Shown: piece by piece, positions 1-12,967 of the stretch
Layout of the letters: every line of letters begins with the position of its first letter
Numbering within the stretch: position 1 is the stretch's first letter
NCBI GenBank assembly: GCA_021432655.1
Contig: MU271493.1
Span: 1 to 53,265 of the forward strand
DNA: 53,265 nt
Source of the DNA: Atractiella rhizophila
Taxonomy: Eukaryota
Direction of reading: 5' to 3'
Made by a program: the position numbers and the translations under genes
The notes under the pieces: generated by a model
The model's database searches: none
Told to the model about the DNA's origin: nothing
What the model saw: the letters and a program-made list of their open reading frames with translations, nothing else

Positions 1-435
1 CTTGAGCTTCCTTTGCCTCTTCCAGCTTCCCATACTTCGTCCTGTACTTGTCTAGTTCGATCCTATTGCGTCCAATGGGGGTTTCTGGACAATGGGAGAC
101 GTAGTGGCCCCTCCTGTGGCAGTAGTTGCACTCAGGTTGCGAAAAAATGCGAGTTCCACCTCTTCCTCCGCCCCTACCACCTCTGGGACGCCATCCTCCT
201 CATCCTTTGTTGCTGCTGGATGCCTGATTTGCCATTTGAGTGTTGGAGATGGCTTCCTCTGAGTTCTTAGTGGCTTGGATTGAGTAGAACGCTTGTTTGA
301 TCGATTGCAGGTCAGTGGAGGTCATAAGGGTGATGTTCTAGACGAAACTAGCGTATTCTGGGCCTAAGGAGCGAATGAGAGCGAAGGATTGGAGATCTTC
401 CTTCAAATCGTCAAGGGAATAGTCCTTTGAAAGCG
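1..435 (-). pseudogene. Ty1/copia gag fragment with CCHC zinc knuckle (disrupted; continues off the window)
   Basis: Manual minus-strand translation: LSKDYSLDDLKEDLQSFALIRSLGPEYASFV*...NKG*GGWRPRGGRGGGRGG...PECNYCHRRGHYVSHCP. CX2CX4HX4C lies at 130-89. Two in-frame stops (TAG, TGA). Confidence 0.8.
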
Positions 436-663
436 TGTTGGTGAAGTCTAGAAGCAACTGGTCGCTTCTCGCACACAGGGTGATGAGAGATTCGTTTTCC
501 TGCTTCTGGAGGGCAAGGAGGGTGTTGAGGGCAGTGAAACGAGTGGAGAGCGCTTCTGTTGGTGGATTTCTTGAAGGGTAGACCAGATCTTGACTGGATC
601 TTGAAGGACAGAGACCACATGGGCTTTCTGGGTCGCTTCTAGGCTAAGGAACAGGATCCCAGC

Positions 664-876
664 TGTTAGTTGTAGTGTGTTGTTTTGGTCATCTGCCTCT
701 TATGACTCTTATGACTCGTATGAGTCATCACTATGTAGTTTAGTTCTGCCTAGGAGTGTTGGTGCTTATTATTGACCACCAACCACTCCTAGGTATGTCT
801 CTCTATACTTCTCTAATGTGCTCATTATTGACCACCTACCACTCCTAGCCTTAGATCCTTACATGGTAGCGAGAGC
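664..876 (+). mobile_element. LTR (664-863, TG...CA) followed by a tRNA primer-binding site (864-876)
   Basis: Starts TGTTAG and ends CTTACA, immediately followed by TGGTAGCGAGAGC (initiator-Met-type PBS). Internal direct repeats (ttattgaccac..accactcctag x2; tatgactc x2). Confidence 0.7.
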
Positions 877-1357
877 TGGTGGCTAGGATTAATTTGGTCA
901 CACCTATCACCTTCCCCCTCCTCCAGACCACAATTTTCACCCTCCCACACTCAAATTTCGCTCAATTTCGATGATCAGAACAGATTTGTGACCCTCAAAC
1001 GTTCCTTTACCACCTTAGAAGGTTTCTGCCTACTCAGGAATCAAGAAAAATCGAATTCTATCACCTTACCACCCATCTCCTGCCTCAAAACGCACTTTGC
1101 CACCCTGGACTCAAACTTTGACGAATTTGGACGTTATAGGGCTTATTTTGATCGTGAAACACTGCGCTACAACTTTACTAGGAACCATCTTGGTCACAAT
1201 AAGCGAAAATTTCGAGATAGCCACTCCATCACCTCCTTCATACCCCCAAAACGCATTTTTCGACTTTTTGAAGTCAGATCTGGTCTGATCTGGACAATTT
1301 TATTGCCATTGGATTCACAATAGGCTATTCTACTATCCTACAACAGATCACCTTGAT

Positions 1358-2028
1358 AGCCATGTCGTCGGCTCTCTCATGTACCTTGCAGTTGCTACAC
1401 GCCCTGACATCGCCCACACTGTCTCTGTCCTCGGAAAATTCCTGTCCAATCCTGGCAAGAGGCACTGGGAAGCTGCCAAACACCTCCTGCACTATCCCAA
1501 GGGCACTCAAGACATGTGCATCAAGTATTCTGCCTCAGACTTCGATATCTCTCAGCCATTCAAGGCATATTGTGATGCAGACTTTGCGGGTTGCAAGGAT
1601 ACTGGCCGGTCTACTAGAGGATACCTCTTAACTGTTGGAGGAGGAGCAGTTAGTTGGAAGTTGCAGTCTCTGGTAGCGCTCTCAACCACAGAGGCAGAGT
1701 ACATCTCAGGGTATCAGCAGGACAAGAGGTGGTTTAGCTCAGAAGTCTTCTGCAGGAGATTGGCTTCGCTCCAAAAGGTTCGACAACACTTTTCACGGAC
1801 AGCAACAGCGCTTTGCAAGTCAGCAAGAATCCTGAGCACCATGGACGCATGAAGCACTTGGATCTTCGCTTCTACTGGCTCAGGGACACAGTAGAATCTG
1901 GACTCATCACCCCAGCCTTCTGCCCTGGCGAGTCTATGCCTGCAGACCTCCTCACCAAGGCTTTACCAGTTGCTGGAGTTGCAAAATTTCGAGAAATGAT
2001 GGGTCTGCGCCCCTACCCAAGTGTATGA
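1358..2028 (+). pseudogene. Ty1/copia RT C-terminus + RNase H fragment, frameshifted
   Basis: VGSLMYLAVATRPDIAH, YCDADFAG, ALSTTEAEY, then a frame change to NPEHHGRMKHLDLRFYW...ADLLTKAL (ORFs 1379-1852 and 1813-2028). Confidence 0.9.
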
Positions 2029-2245
2029 GGCAGTTATGGGGCGCAATAAAACTCTGTCCTCCTTCTGGGGGTTATAAGACGCCGCTTTAAGCGGTACGAG
2101 GATCTCTCTACTGGTTTTAGACATTTAACTAATATGTTTCTTTGTTTGATGTCGCTTCATGATGCCTTCATTTGGTGGGAGCTTCATTGGATGGTTATTC
2201 TGGATGGTTCTTGGATTTGATGGGAGCTTCAAGAGGCGGCTGCCC

Positions 2246-2421
2246 AGGTGGGAGTGTTGGATTAGGTGTTATATTTCATGGTGTTATGTTTGTGTGGTCA
2301 GCCACCTCTGTTTTGTTTGCTTCACTTCGGAGTTTTAGCCCCCTAGGGGGCAGTTTAGGCGGTCATCATCTTTGACCACCAATCACTGTCCCCTAGCTCC
2401 ATCCAGCATCAGATTCTCTCA
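2246..2421 (+). mobile_element. Polypurine tract (2246-2254) and probable 3' LTR (2255-2421)
   Basis: AGGTGGGAG followed by TGTTGG...TCTCA, downstream of the RNase H stop. Shares the ttgaccacca..cctag motif with the 664-863 LTR. Confidence 0.55.
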
Positions 2422-5010
2422 AATAGGACGATTCAGGAGACTATGGTCGCCGTGTTTGAAGAATCTGGACTTCCGCTCTTTCTCTGGCCATCTATCGCTT
2501 CAGCAGTTGTCCACATTCGCAACAGATCTCCCTCAGCTTCGATCAACCATGCTATTCCCCACACAAAACTCACTGGACTTACTCCAACCATCTCAAGATT
2601 CAGAATCATTGGATGCACTGCCTACGTTCAAGTTCAGAAGGATGAAAGGCCACACAGCTTAGGATCTCATACTCGAAAATGCGCATTTATAGGCTATTCC
2701 CTTGCAGCGAAAGGGTGGGAGTTCTGGGATCCTATTGCAAAGAAGGTCTACGTTCGAGACGTTGCCAGATTTGATGAGAGAGAGATGCTCTGCAAGGTGA
2801 GGAAGGAGAAGATTACGTTGGAAGAGCCACAGGGACCACTTGATGAATGGAAGGAGCATCAGGATCAGGTGGGAGATGGACAGAATAATGCTCCAGCCGC
2901 TCCTCCAGCCAGGATTTCGCTAGACGACGATGAAGAAGAAGAAGAAGGATGGATTCGACAGCCAGGAGCACCACCTACACCTCAGGACCAACCCAGACCA
3001 CTTGGAATACATTCTCCAAATCGGTTTCAGCCCCTACAGGTTGAAGAAGAACAAGAACAAGAACAAGAAAGAGAGCCATCTCCAGATCCGCTACAGCTTG
3101 TGCCTGAACGCCCTAGGACACCCCCACCTCGTCAGTACACCATGCAGAGAGATCCCTGGACAGGAGTTCACATGCCTAGATTCTCAGAGTCTCCAGATCC
3201 ACTCCAGATCCGCCCAACAACGCCAGATCAACCTCCTCCAGCAGCTTCAACACCTCCCCCTGTCAACAGGCCCTCAAAAATTTATTCTACGAGTAGAGGA
3301 CGACCTGTAGACAGATTTAGGACCCCAGAAGCACCTAAAAGCAATGAAGAAGGATCAGCAGACGAGCTTGGGATGTTGGTAAAGGAATGTGACGTACTCA
3401 CTGAGCCAGAGGCGATGGAATATGGCTATGTGCTTGTCACAGAGCATGCCATGAGTGCAGCAACAGGAGTAGAGGTCCCTCAGTCATATTCAAGAGCGAT
3501 GGCAAGCCCAAATGCAAAGGAATGGCATGAAGCGACAGTGAAGGAGATTCAATCTCACTTCGACAACAAGAGTTGGATTCTGGTCAAACCACCTAAAGGA
3601 GCAAAAATCGTTGGTTCTCGATGGGTGTTTGCGGTTAAGAAGAAGTGGGATGGTTCTATTGAGCGCTTCAAGGCCAGATTCGTCATCAAGGGGTTCTCTC
3701 AACGCCCTGGATTTGACTACTTTGACACTTTTGCATCTACGGTCAAATGGGCGACACTTAGGACGATCCTTTCGCTCACTTGTGTGTTGAACATGGAGTT
3801 GGAGTCAGTAGATATCTCTACGGCATTCCTCAACGGCGATATGGATGCAGAAGTCTATGCACAACAACCAGAAGGTCATCCGCAGGGTCCTCCAGAGTAC
3901 GTTCTGAAGCTAATCAAGGTCATGTATGGCACAAGGCAAGGAGGACGTCAATGGCAGAAGAAACTCGATAAGGAACTCGTCGATATGGGATTTAAGAAGA
4001 TCAAGAGCGACTCTAGTCTGTGGATTTACTCAAAGGGGGACATCAAAGTACTTGTCCCAGTCTTTGTGGATGATATTACGATCACTAGCACATCAAAGGG
4101 TGCTGTAGAGGACTTCAAGAGGGAGTTGGGGAAGCGATTCAAACTCAGAGACCTTGGACCAACGGAATTCCTACTTGGGGTTCGTATTAGGAGGGATAGA
4201 AAGCGAAGAATGATGTGGTTGGATCAAGAACAGTATGTCAAGGACCCTCTGGAACACCAACAGATGGACGATTGCAACCCTGTCCTTACTCCTCTCAATG
4301 TTGGACACGGTCTCAGCAAGCAGGACTGCCCCCAGACAAAGGAAGAACACGTTGTCGGCTCCATGATGATCTCCACTCGTCCAGATATCGCTCATGCAGT
4401 CTCTGTCCTTGGAAAGTACCTCTCTAACCCAGGAAAGAAGCACTGGGAAGCGGCCAAGCATCTTCTACAATACCTCAAAGGCACTCAGAACTTAGGAATT
4501 GAGTATTCTGCAGCTGGTTTCGACCTCAAGCAACCTTTTCACGCCTTCTACGATGCAGATTTTGCTGGGTGCAAGGATACTGGACGTTCTACGGGAGGCT
4601 ATCTCCTCAAGATAGGCAACGGGGCAGTCAGTTGGAGCAGCAAACTACAATCCCTCGTTGCCCTTTCTACTACTGAAGCAGAATATGTCTCAGGAGTCTC
4701 AGCAGGTCAAGAAGTTGTCTGGCTAAGGAATCTTTTAGAAGAGATTGGCTTCACTCCTCAAGGTCCTACTCCCCTCTTCACAGATAGCAGCAGCGCTCTC
4801 CAGGTATCCAAGAACCCTGAACACCATGGTCGAATGAAACATCTGCACCTTCGCTTGTATTGGCTCAGATATGTTGTTGAGATGGGCAAGATCAGTCCAG
4901 TCTTCTGTCCGAGGGCCATTATGCCAGCGGACCTCCTTACCAAGGCACTTCCAGTCGCCAGCGTGGACAAGTTTCGAGTTATGATGGGTTATGCCGCACC
5001 CTACTCCTAG
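2422..5010 (+). mobile_element. 5'-truncated Ty1/copia pol (integrase C-half, SH3-like, RT, RNase H)
   Basis: 855-aa ORF. NRTIQET...SGLPLFLW (integrase), CAFIGY, RWVFAVK..FKARFV.KGFSQRPGFDY, VDISTAFLNG, VFVDD (RT), YDADFAG/STTEAEY/ADLLTKAL (RNase H). Copia domain order; no gag, protease or downstream LTR. Confidence 0.95.
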
Positions 5011-5618
5011 AGTTTGTGCATCAGAGCTGTCAGGCTTATGGGGCCTACAAGACTCCACAATACTTTCAAGTCCTACCATGTTGTCTCCATCAGGGGCAAT
5101 AAAGTCATTTCATTTAGTCAACTAGAATTGGAGATGTGGTGATTGAGGCAAAGTTGGAGGATAAAAAGTTGAGGAATTCACCATTCACAGTGTGCTTCAT
5201 GTTCCCAAGCTCTGCAGTAGTCTTGCATGTACCAATGAACCTTCTCTTCTTGGGTTCGGTCGAACCTGTTTTCTCATGGACAGCATAGAAAAGCAGCACA
5301 ACACGGAATTCTCTGCAATGGTGTAGGGCCGCACCTTTTGAAGCTGCTGCACCTGGTAAGTACAGCCCACTAAAAACCGAGAGTGTAGAAGGAGTGATAT
5401 GAACACTTGGGTTTTAACAATTGCTTACACGCTAACGAGGCCTGCCCTGGTCAGCGGAGAAGAAGGTTCTCGCCTGGATTACTAGGAATCTGCCACAGCC
5501 AGTATGCGTATGAGTGCCATCATGACTGTAGTGGGAGACAACAATTGACCAATTTCCTGCATATTATTAACCTGGACAAGCAAAGAATGTGCACAACATG
5601 AGTATCGACAGGAAAAGT

Positions 5619-8600
5619 TCATCGCCCCTTGTTGGCGGCACCGGTTCGTGCATTGCTCTTTGCACCAGTCTTGCTTGTGCTCTTTGTAGCACTCTGAAGG
5701 TGGAGAATCCGAAGTTGTTGCTGAATGAAATCTTGGGTGCCTGTTGGCGATGAGCGGACGGCTGATACTCACAGCAAACCATACCTGGCCGCATCCGCAA
5801 AATCCTCAAGATTATTTCCACATTGCCACTACTCTGCTCATTCTTTTTCGCCCGTTTCTCTCGCTTTCGCTCTTTGATGGTGCCTATATTACGGGAATTT
5901 ATTACTGATTTCGTTCTGGTGGCTTGCTTGGATACTAATGTCGAAGTCAGGAGTCGAACACATTCTTCCATGAGGTCGTCCTAGATAGGACATCTAGTTT
6001 TGACAATGTAGCAAAGGCAATGACGTACAGCATGCTGGTCATAATAAAGCCGAATACTGAGTAATCGCTGGAAACGTGAGCTTTGGAGGTCCTCGATGGG
6101 AATCCCGTCGCCTGAGAAGCATAGTGAGAATGCTGCGGACGGAGACGTCGTAATGGCATACCACCAGCGTTGAAAAAGTTCGTAAGGAACTGTCACCTGT
6201 CAGAAACCAGTAAGATTAAGGTATAACTGATACCTTGAGCCAATTTGAACACGATACTGCACTTTGTTTCAGCACAATCAGATTGAGTAGAGAAAACTGA
6301 CTCGACCTCTTTCTCATCGAGAGCTTTCATCTCTGCTGGAGCATCAGAAAGCGGCGGGATAAGCAAACTTTCAATTGTAGATAGCACCTCCTTCCCTGTA
6401 AGAGTTCAATGATGAGGACAAGATCATGAAGATGATAAACTCGCGGCGCACAAATTTTTGAGGTGACCAGCACCCAAGCTAGAGATGCTTTTAGTTCAGG
6501 AGAAAATCCCGTCAAAAGATCGAACCTTCAGGGCTGAAGACGGCGATGAGTCTCACTCTTCATAGAAGGCGGTCAGCAAGCTTACCTAAGCGACGATTTA
6601 AGTACCTCCAATCCAGCATCCAATACCTCAAACACAGGTCCGATAGCCGCTTCAATTTCAGCATCACTCATGGGTTTCGGCGCAGGGCCTCTCTTTGCCA
6701 GTGCTGCTTCTCGCATTTCATCCTCTACCCCGCGTATCAGTATCAAAGGACATGTTGCAGCAAATCTAGAACCTGTTGGAGGAATCTCAGATCCGGAGCC
6801 AAACTGCTTTTGATATAAGTCAAAGACATTGGCCCGTGCCTTTTCTACATCGAATTTTGACAAAGGGTTATAGAAAGCGGTGACTGTTTTTAAGAGAGCC
6901 TTCAGATTAGACAGGGATATGTATTGATGTATGATCGGTGAGAACTGGCCGATGATTCAGTGGAAGTTCATGTACGTGGATTGAACAAGCAAACTTTGTC
7001 CACGATATTCCTAACCATGTCACTTTCCGCCCTCTTGAGGGATCTACGTGGTAAATGGTGCTAGACTCAGTAGGAAATTGCAATAACGAGGAGCTTCATC
7101 GCGTACCTGAAAGCCTTGCCAAAATAGAACTGGATGTCATCCTGCTCGCCTTCCATGCTGATGCGCATGAAAATCCTGCCTGTTGTATCCAAGTCGAACC
7201 TATCTCACATCTGTCAGTTTCCACTCCGACGCTACAACAAAAGGGACGGACCACAAATCCTGCGGCAAAAAGTTGCCGAATTGGCGAGAATCTAAGCAGA
7301 CGTAGGCTCGACCCAACATTTCGTGCTAAACTGACTGTTATCCTATGCCGACTCATAGCAATGCACCCACTTCATCCACAAGATTCCGATGCCAAATGGA
7401 CGCCGCAAGCCACAAGGATCCTTGAACAGGGATGTCGAAGGTCTCCTCCCATTTAGGACAGTTGGTCTCATACAACGTTCGTGTTTTTGCAACTCGTTTG
7501 CCACGCTCATCGCTGAGTGTCAAAAAAGGGTCGACCTTGGTACTGCCATCTTCTTTAGCAACCCCTTCGCCCATGATGACCTTGACCGTAAACAAGAAAC
7601 GAGAGGCTTCAGGCTTCTGTGCGATTGCAGGACGGTGGCTTCGAACGACGGCTGATACGTTATCAGCGTCCATGGAACTATACATCTTATCAAGAATATT
7701 TCGTGCCGCCTGAATGTTGTTCAGTTTTACACAGCTCTAGCGGCGGACCGTCAGTGACCGTCGTGCTCTGACAGAAGCCATAGAACACAATCACCTGTGG
7801 TGTAAACTGGAAGGTTTCGATCTTTCTGTCAGATTGATAAATGGCTCGAGCTTTCGTAAGCCATGCTCCGGGACGGTTAACATCAGAAGCTTCGGCTTCC
7901 GCATCCCGTGGGAACATTTCGCCCATGAAGAGTTCCTCAATCTTGAAACAGTAAAGCTCCATCGATTTACTGATCGTCTATTAGAGGAGTTAGCTTTGCA
8001 TTACCGCGGTCGAATGCAGACTTTAGAGAGAGCAGTGAAGTAAAGTGCGTTCTGATATTTGTCAGGCCATTCCAGCTTCTGCAAAAACTCGATGGCAGAT
8101 TTACAAGAGTCCAGCAAATCGACAATCGAGGAACTGTTTTGGTCTTGACCTTCGCCAACGAACTAGAGGAACTGCTTAGGGCTTACAATAGCAGACAAAA
8201 AAAGTTCACCTGATCTGCTTTGATTGCCGATATCACCCAACCTTCAGTCTTTGCGTCTGTTTGGTCTAGCCACCGCCGAATGAAAGGCTCAAACCACGCA
8301 GTTAGGTCTAATGGTAGCGGGGAGCTGCAATAGAGTCAAGTGAAGCAAGTTGCGGGAGAATAAGGATGCATACTTTGGGCAGAAAGCATCGTGCAAAGAC
8401 GCTAGCTCCAATACTCCTTTATAAAGATCAACAATATCGGCGTCGTTCACACCGCCTTGAGATGGATCGGCGGTACTAAGGAACGTAGACTTGGCGGCAT
8501 CCAGATCCTTTAGGAACAAAGGAGACACTTTTTCTAAGAAGATGGACGGCATGTCAACGGCCCTGCACACACCGTCAGCTATTGGAATAAAAAGCTGGAC

Positions 8601-10472
8601 ACGGACTCGAGAATGGGTTTTGGGAAGCGTTTGTCGAGAGTTTTCGTGGTCTTCTTTATCCAATCTAGTAGAATGAAAAAGGGTACGACCTGATTCAAGG
8701 CCGTTGAGAAGAGTTCCCCACTTTGTTCGGAATAATGATGCATGGCGACCAGCCCAATCCCTTCTTTGAGCTCTTCTAATCTGGCCCGATAATCAAGAAT
8801 GTCTTCCTGGAAGACCAAGTTCCCTTGAATTTTGCTGAGGAGTTCAAGCAATCCATCAACTTCCTCAACGCTGACATTTTCCTGCGACTTAAAAATACCA
8901 AATATTCGTCGCAACAGGCTGTCAAAAGTTTCGGAGAGGCTACTGAATAAATACCGCCGCTGTTTCGAAATGAGTATATTCTCAATCAGGCTCAACTGAC
9001 TTACATCTTGGACTGGCCATCGGTTATACTCCCACTCATTTGTAATCTTCTCAACGTTTGTTAGAGCCTCGCCAACACATTCTATAAGAGGGCATTCGCC
9101 TCTCATATAACGTAAAGAAATGGCATCGAAAAAGGAGGTTACGCGAAATGGTGGAGTGATACGCCAACGAATTGCGCACTCCGTGAGAAGTTCGACGTGG
9201 GCTTTAGATAGAATTTGGAGGGATACTTCGTCATCCGGGCCAAGGGATTGAATAAGTTCGATATCCAAATCGAGGCTGATATCAAGAAGCCTCCTGTAAT
9301 AGGACTTCGGATCTTGAGGGATGAAAACATAGCTGTGATCAGAGTCAGAGGGTGCCATCGAATTTGGACGACCGGATAATGATCCATTCTTGTTCAGGGG
9401 AGATGGGAGAGAGGAGGAAATGGGTGACAGGGGAGACAGTACAGAGGACCGGTGAGCTGACTCCTCGGACTGCACTAGATCCGGATGGAATTTGACCATC
9501 GTTAACATGAGTTGCCCTAAAGTTGCAATCTCGGCTTGTTTCCACTGAACATACGCATTCTCTGAAGGGAAGTCCGTCCGTGTACCAGGAAAGGAGGCTC
9601 CTTGGCTGATAGCATTAATGAGTGCCTTCATATCCCCTACGGCCGCTCGTTCTGTGCAAATGCGCTTGACTTCCGTGATATCTCGTTGCAGCTGCGAGGA
9701 GTCAATCCTGAATATTCTACCCACAGTTTGAACCATTGGCATTTCACGAACGTTGCCAGAAGTCGCGTCGAGTGTTTGGTGTGATGTTGATGGGGAGGAA
9801 GCTGTTTCGTGATGATCATTTGTGGGCATGATTAGCTTCGAGCTGTATGCATCGAGGCGAGATATGAGTTCTGGAGGCGCATGCTTGCATTCTCGGGAGC
9901 GCAAACATTCACGGATGATGTTGACAAACTGTCCTACTTGTTGATTTAGCTGGCCTTTCCACTCATCGCCTTTTGACCGTTTCTTGAGTACATTCTGGGC
10001 CGTCGTTACAAAACGAAGGATCAGCGTCTCAATTTTTCGCTCGTCTTTTATTTGCCTTTGAAAGCTGTCGGCAGTATAGTCCCCATAGAAAGCGCCAATC
10101 GTGGAACGAAGTAGGATATCCGAATAACTGGGGTCAGCGCCTCGTGCGATTCTCTCAATTTTGGCCCCAAGGACTTTAATGAGCTCCTTTGGAAAGCGTA
10201 AAGACTTGGGATCTTTAACGTTGAAGGTATCGCTGATAGATGATAGCGCGGAAGTCCAAGCATCGTGTCTCGAGATCGGACGGCTCGATCGACCAGGTGA
10301 ATCTGGACGAGGAGGAGCATAAGATTGCGCTAGAAGCTTTGGAGAGGTGAGGTAGGCTAGATAGGCCACGCTGGAATGAAACATTGGAAAGGCTCATTGA
10401 CGTGATGTGAACGAGAACGCACCGAAGGCAGGACTGGTAGAGCTCTGAATCATCCACCCCGTTTGTGTCCAT
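5619..10472 (-). CDS. Munc13-homology (MHD1-C2-MHD2) protein, YOR296W/Ync13-like; multi-exon
   Basis: 601-aa exon 8579-10384; C2 domain exon FTVKVIMGEG...DPFLTLSDE...KTRTLYETNCPKWEETFDI (7353-7685); terminal exons ILRILRMRP|GTQDFIQQQLRILH...NKGR*. Start MDTNGVDDSELYQ at 10472. Confidence 0.8.
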
Positions 10473-10677
10473 GGCTTGGAGCTGGTCGCAAGAGTACTAG
10501 TGTAGCGTAATAGCACCCCTATTGATCAGAATCTTTCGCGGCTTTACCAGTTATGTAGGCACTGCTGGCTTGCTTCGGCTTCCTGGTTCTCCTTTTCCGA
10601 CCGTTCAGATCGATTGATCGGCTTCCAAACAACCACCATCTCCATTCAATACTGTAACTTGATACCTTACTCAGAGT

Positions 10678-12216
10678 ATGTCAAGGCCTTGCAAAGTGGC
10701 AATCCTTGGAGCTGCGGGTGGAATCGGTACGCCTCGTCCTTCCTCTGGATGCAATGGCTCATCTCATTTCTGTCTCAGGACAACCACTCTGTACATCGCT
10801 CTCACAATCAAACTTTCTGGTCTCTAAGTATACTTGATAGCACTCTTACTCAAACAATCTACGGTAATCACAGAGTAAGCGCCTCTGCTCCTGGTGCAAT
10901 GAACCTCATCGAGGCCTTAGGCTTGCCCTCTTCGATGTCGGTTCGTTTATCCACTTTCAACGTTCTCGCATCATTTGATCCCTCTGCACACAAGTCCCTG
11001 TTGTGAAGTCTGTCTCCTAGTTCTCCTGTACTATGTGAAGCTGAGCAGGTCGTAGAGGTGTCGCCGTTGACATTTCGCATATTAATACACCTTCTATCGT
11101 AACTGGGTACGACAAAGATGATGAGGGCCTCAAGAAAACCCTTCAGAATGCTGATATTGTCGTGATTCCCGCTGGAGTTCCGCGCAAGGTTTGATCCGAC
11201 CCGAGTTCAGCCGTTAGGCTAACATTTTCAACAGCCCGGCATGACCCGAGACGATCTCTTCAAGGTGTGCTTTCCTCAGCTTTCTTTGCTCAAGTCGCCT
11301 GAAATCTGACACAGATAAACGCTGGCATTGTTCGGGATCTTGCGCAAGCAATAGCTAGTCATTGCCCGAAAGCTTTTATCGCGGTCATCTCCAACCCTGT
11401 CAACTCCACTGTTCCCATCGTGGCAGAGGTGCTAAAGAAGGCTGGTGTCTTTGATCCCAAAAAATTGAATGGCGTGACGACTTTAGACGGTAACAAAGTC
11501 TCTTTTTACCTGCATCTCCCCGTTGAAACTGTTACGATGTAGTTGTCAGAGCTTCGACCTTCTCCGCGGCAGCTGCGCAGAAACCTCTGGAATCTGCAAA
11601 GTACAATATCCCTGTCGTTGGGGGTCACTCCGGATCCACGATAATTCCGATCCTTTCTCAAAGTCAGCCTCCTCTCGAATCCGGGATCGACATTGAAGCT
11701 TTGGTAAAGCGAATTCAATTTGGAGGGGATGAAGTTGTCGCTGCCAAAGATGGAGCGGGAAGTGCCACGCTCTCGATGGTATACTCATCTATGGGTTTTG
11801 CCTAAGGCGATAAGCTGACGTGTTTTAGGCATATGCCGGAGCTCGATTTGTCAACAGCCTGATTGCAGCTGCTTGGGAAGGCAGAGGCGGTGTGGTCGAG
11901 ATGACGTACATCAATGTCAAAGATGAAGCTTCTGTTGCTTCTGTTATAGGTTCAGACATCGATTATTTTAGCGTCCCCGTCGAGCTTGGAGTGCGTTATT
12001 TTGCCTTGCTTAGAAAGGGACTAAAACAACTTTAGACGTCGGGAGTCAACAAGATTCTCCCTATTGGTGAACTGAATACCTATGAAGGAAACCTCCTGAA
12101 GAATGCCTTGGTCGAACTTAAAGGTAACATTTCAAAGGTGTGTGCCAATACTCATCGTGCTTCCTTTCTTACTATTTGCAAAAAAGGGCGTTTCATTCAT
12201 TGATCCCAAGTTGTAG
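10678..12216 (+). CDS. MDH: NAD-dependent malate dehydrogenase without mitochondrial presequence; multi-exon
   Basis: Spliced translation [25 protein letters not shown]...GVAVDISHI...[26 protein letters not shown]...[10 protein letters not shown]...VTTLD...GGHSG...[12 protein letters not shown]...GVSFIDPKL*. Confidence 0.95.
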
Positions 12217-12967
12217 AGGAATTTGTGAGCCTGAAGAAAGCTTGGAGTAAATGTTACACGGAAAGAAAGCTGTTGTCCTGCAAATAAAGTGTCCGCATTC
12301 CATCTCGAAAGTCTGGCCTCACTAGATCTCTCTTCTCGAGGCTGATGTCCTAACGGACGCAGAGAAGCGACCTGCCTTCTTATGTCTCGCATCATTGTAA
12401 ACTTGAAGTACGTCAGGTACGGTTACTGACTGAAGTAATCTCCCCAAGTTATTCGCAGTTTGGGGACGGGCATTTGGGACTTGAGGCCGTGGGTTGTTCT
12501 TCGTATCCTCCAATATATCGCAGGGTGCTAGCCACAAACCGACTCTCTTGAGTGCTCATGTTTTCTTGCAACCGCCTCATGAGTCAATGGATGTGCAGAA
12601 GGTTCCGCATCTCTCTATCTATTCTATGCATCAGTTCTTGGCATGAGTCATAAAAACGCACTTTTGAGCGTTCATACCTCCCTCAGCAAGCACGTTAAAA
12701 TGAAATGAATTGCACCATCTTATTGAATATGCTTGCACCTTTCCGAACCTGCAAGGAAAATTTATTTTGCAGAGGTAAAAAAATGTGTTTCACACTGGAT
12801 TTGAACCCTTATAATGGTCACAGTAGGGTTCAAGGGGCCATACCCCTTGCGAGTGGGTTGGGGGGCCTGAGGGACGAAGGCGGATGACACACTTGTATGC
12901 AACAATACAGTAACTGCTAGCTTTAAACTTTCTGCAACTGCAACACAAACATTGTACCAGCGACATC

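Noticed and set aside
5114..5600. Exon-like open stretch on the minus strand (GLYLPGAAASKG...KHTVN) between the copia ORF and the C2 gene
   Set aside because: No start, no recognisable family; at best a gene relic.
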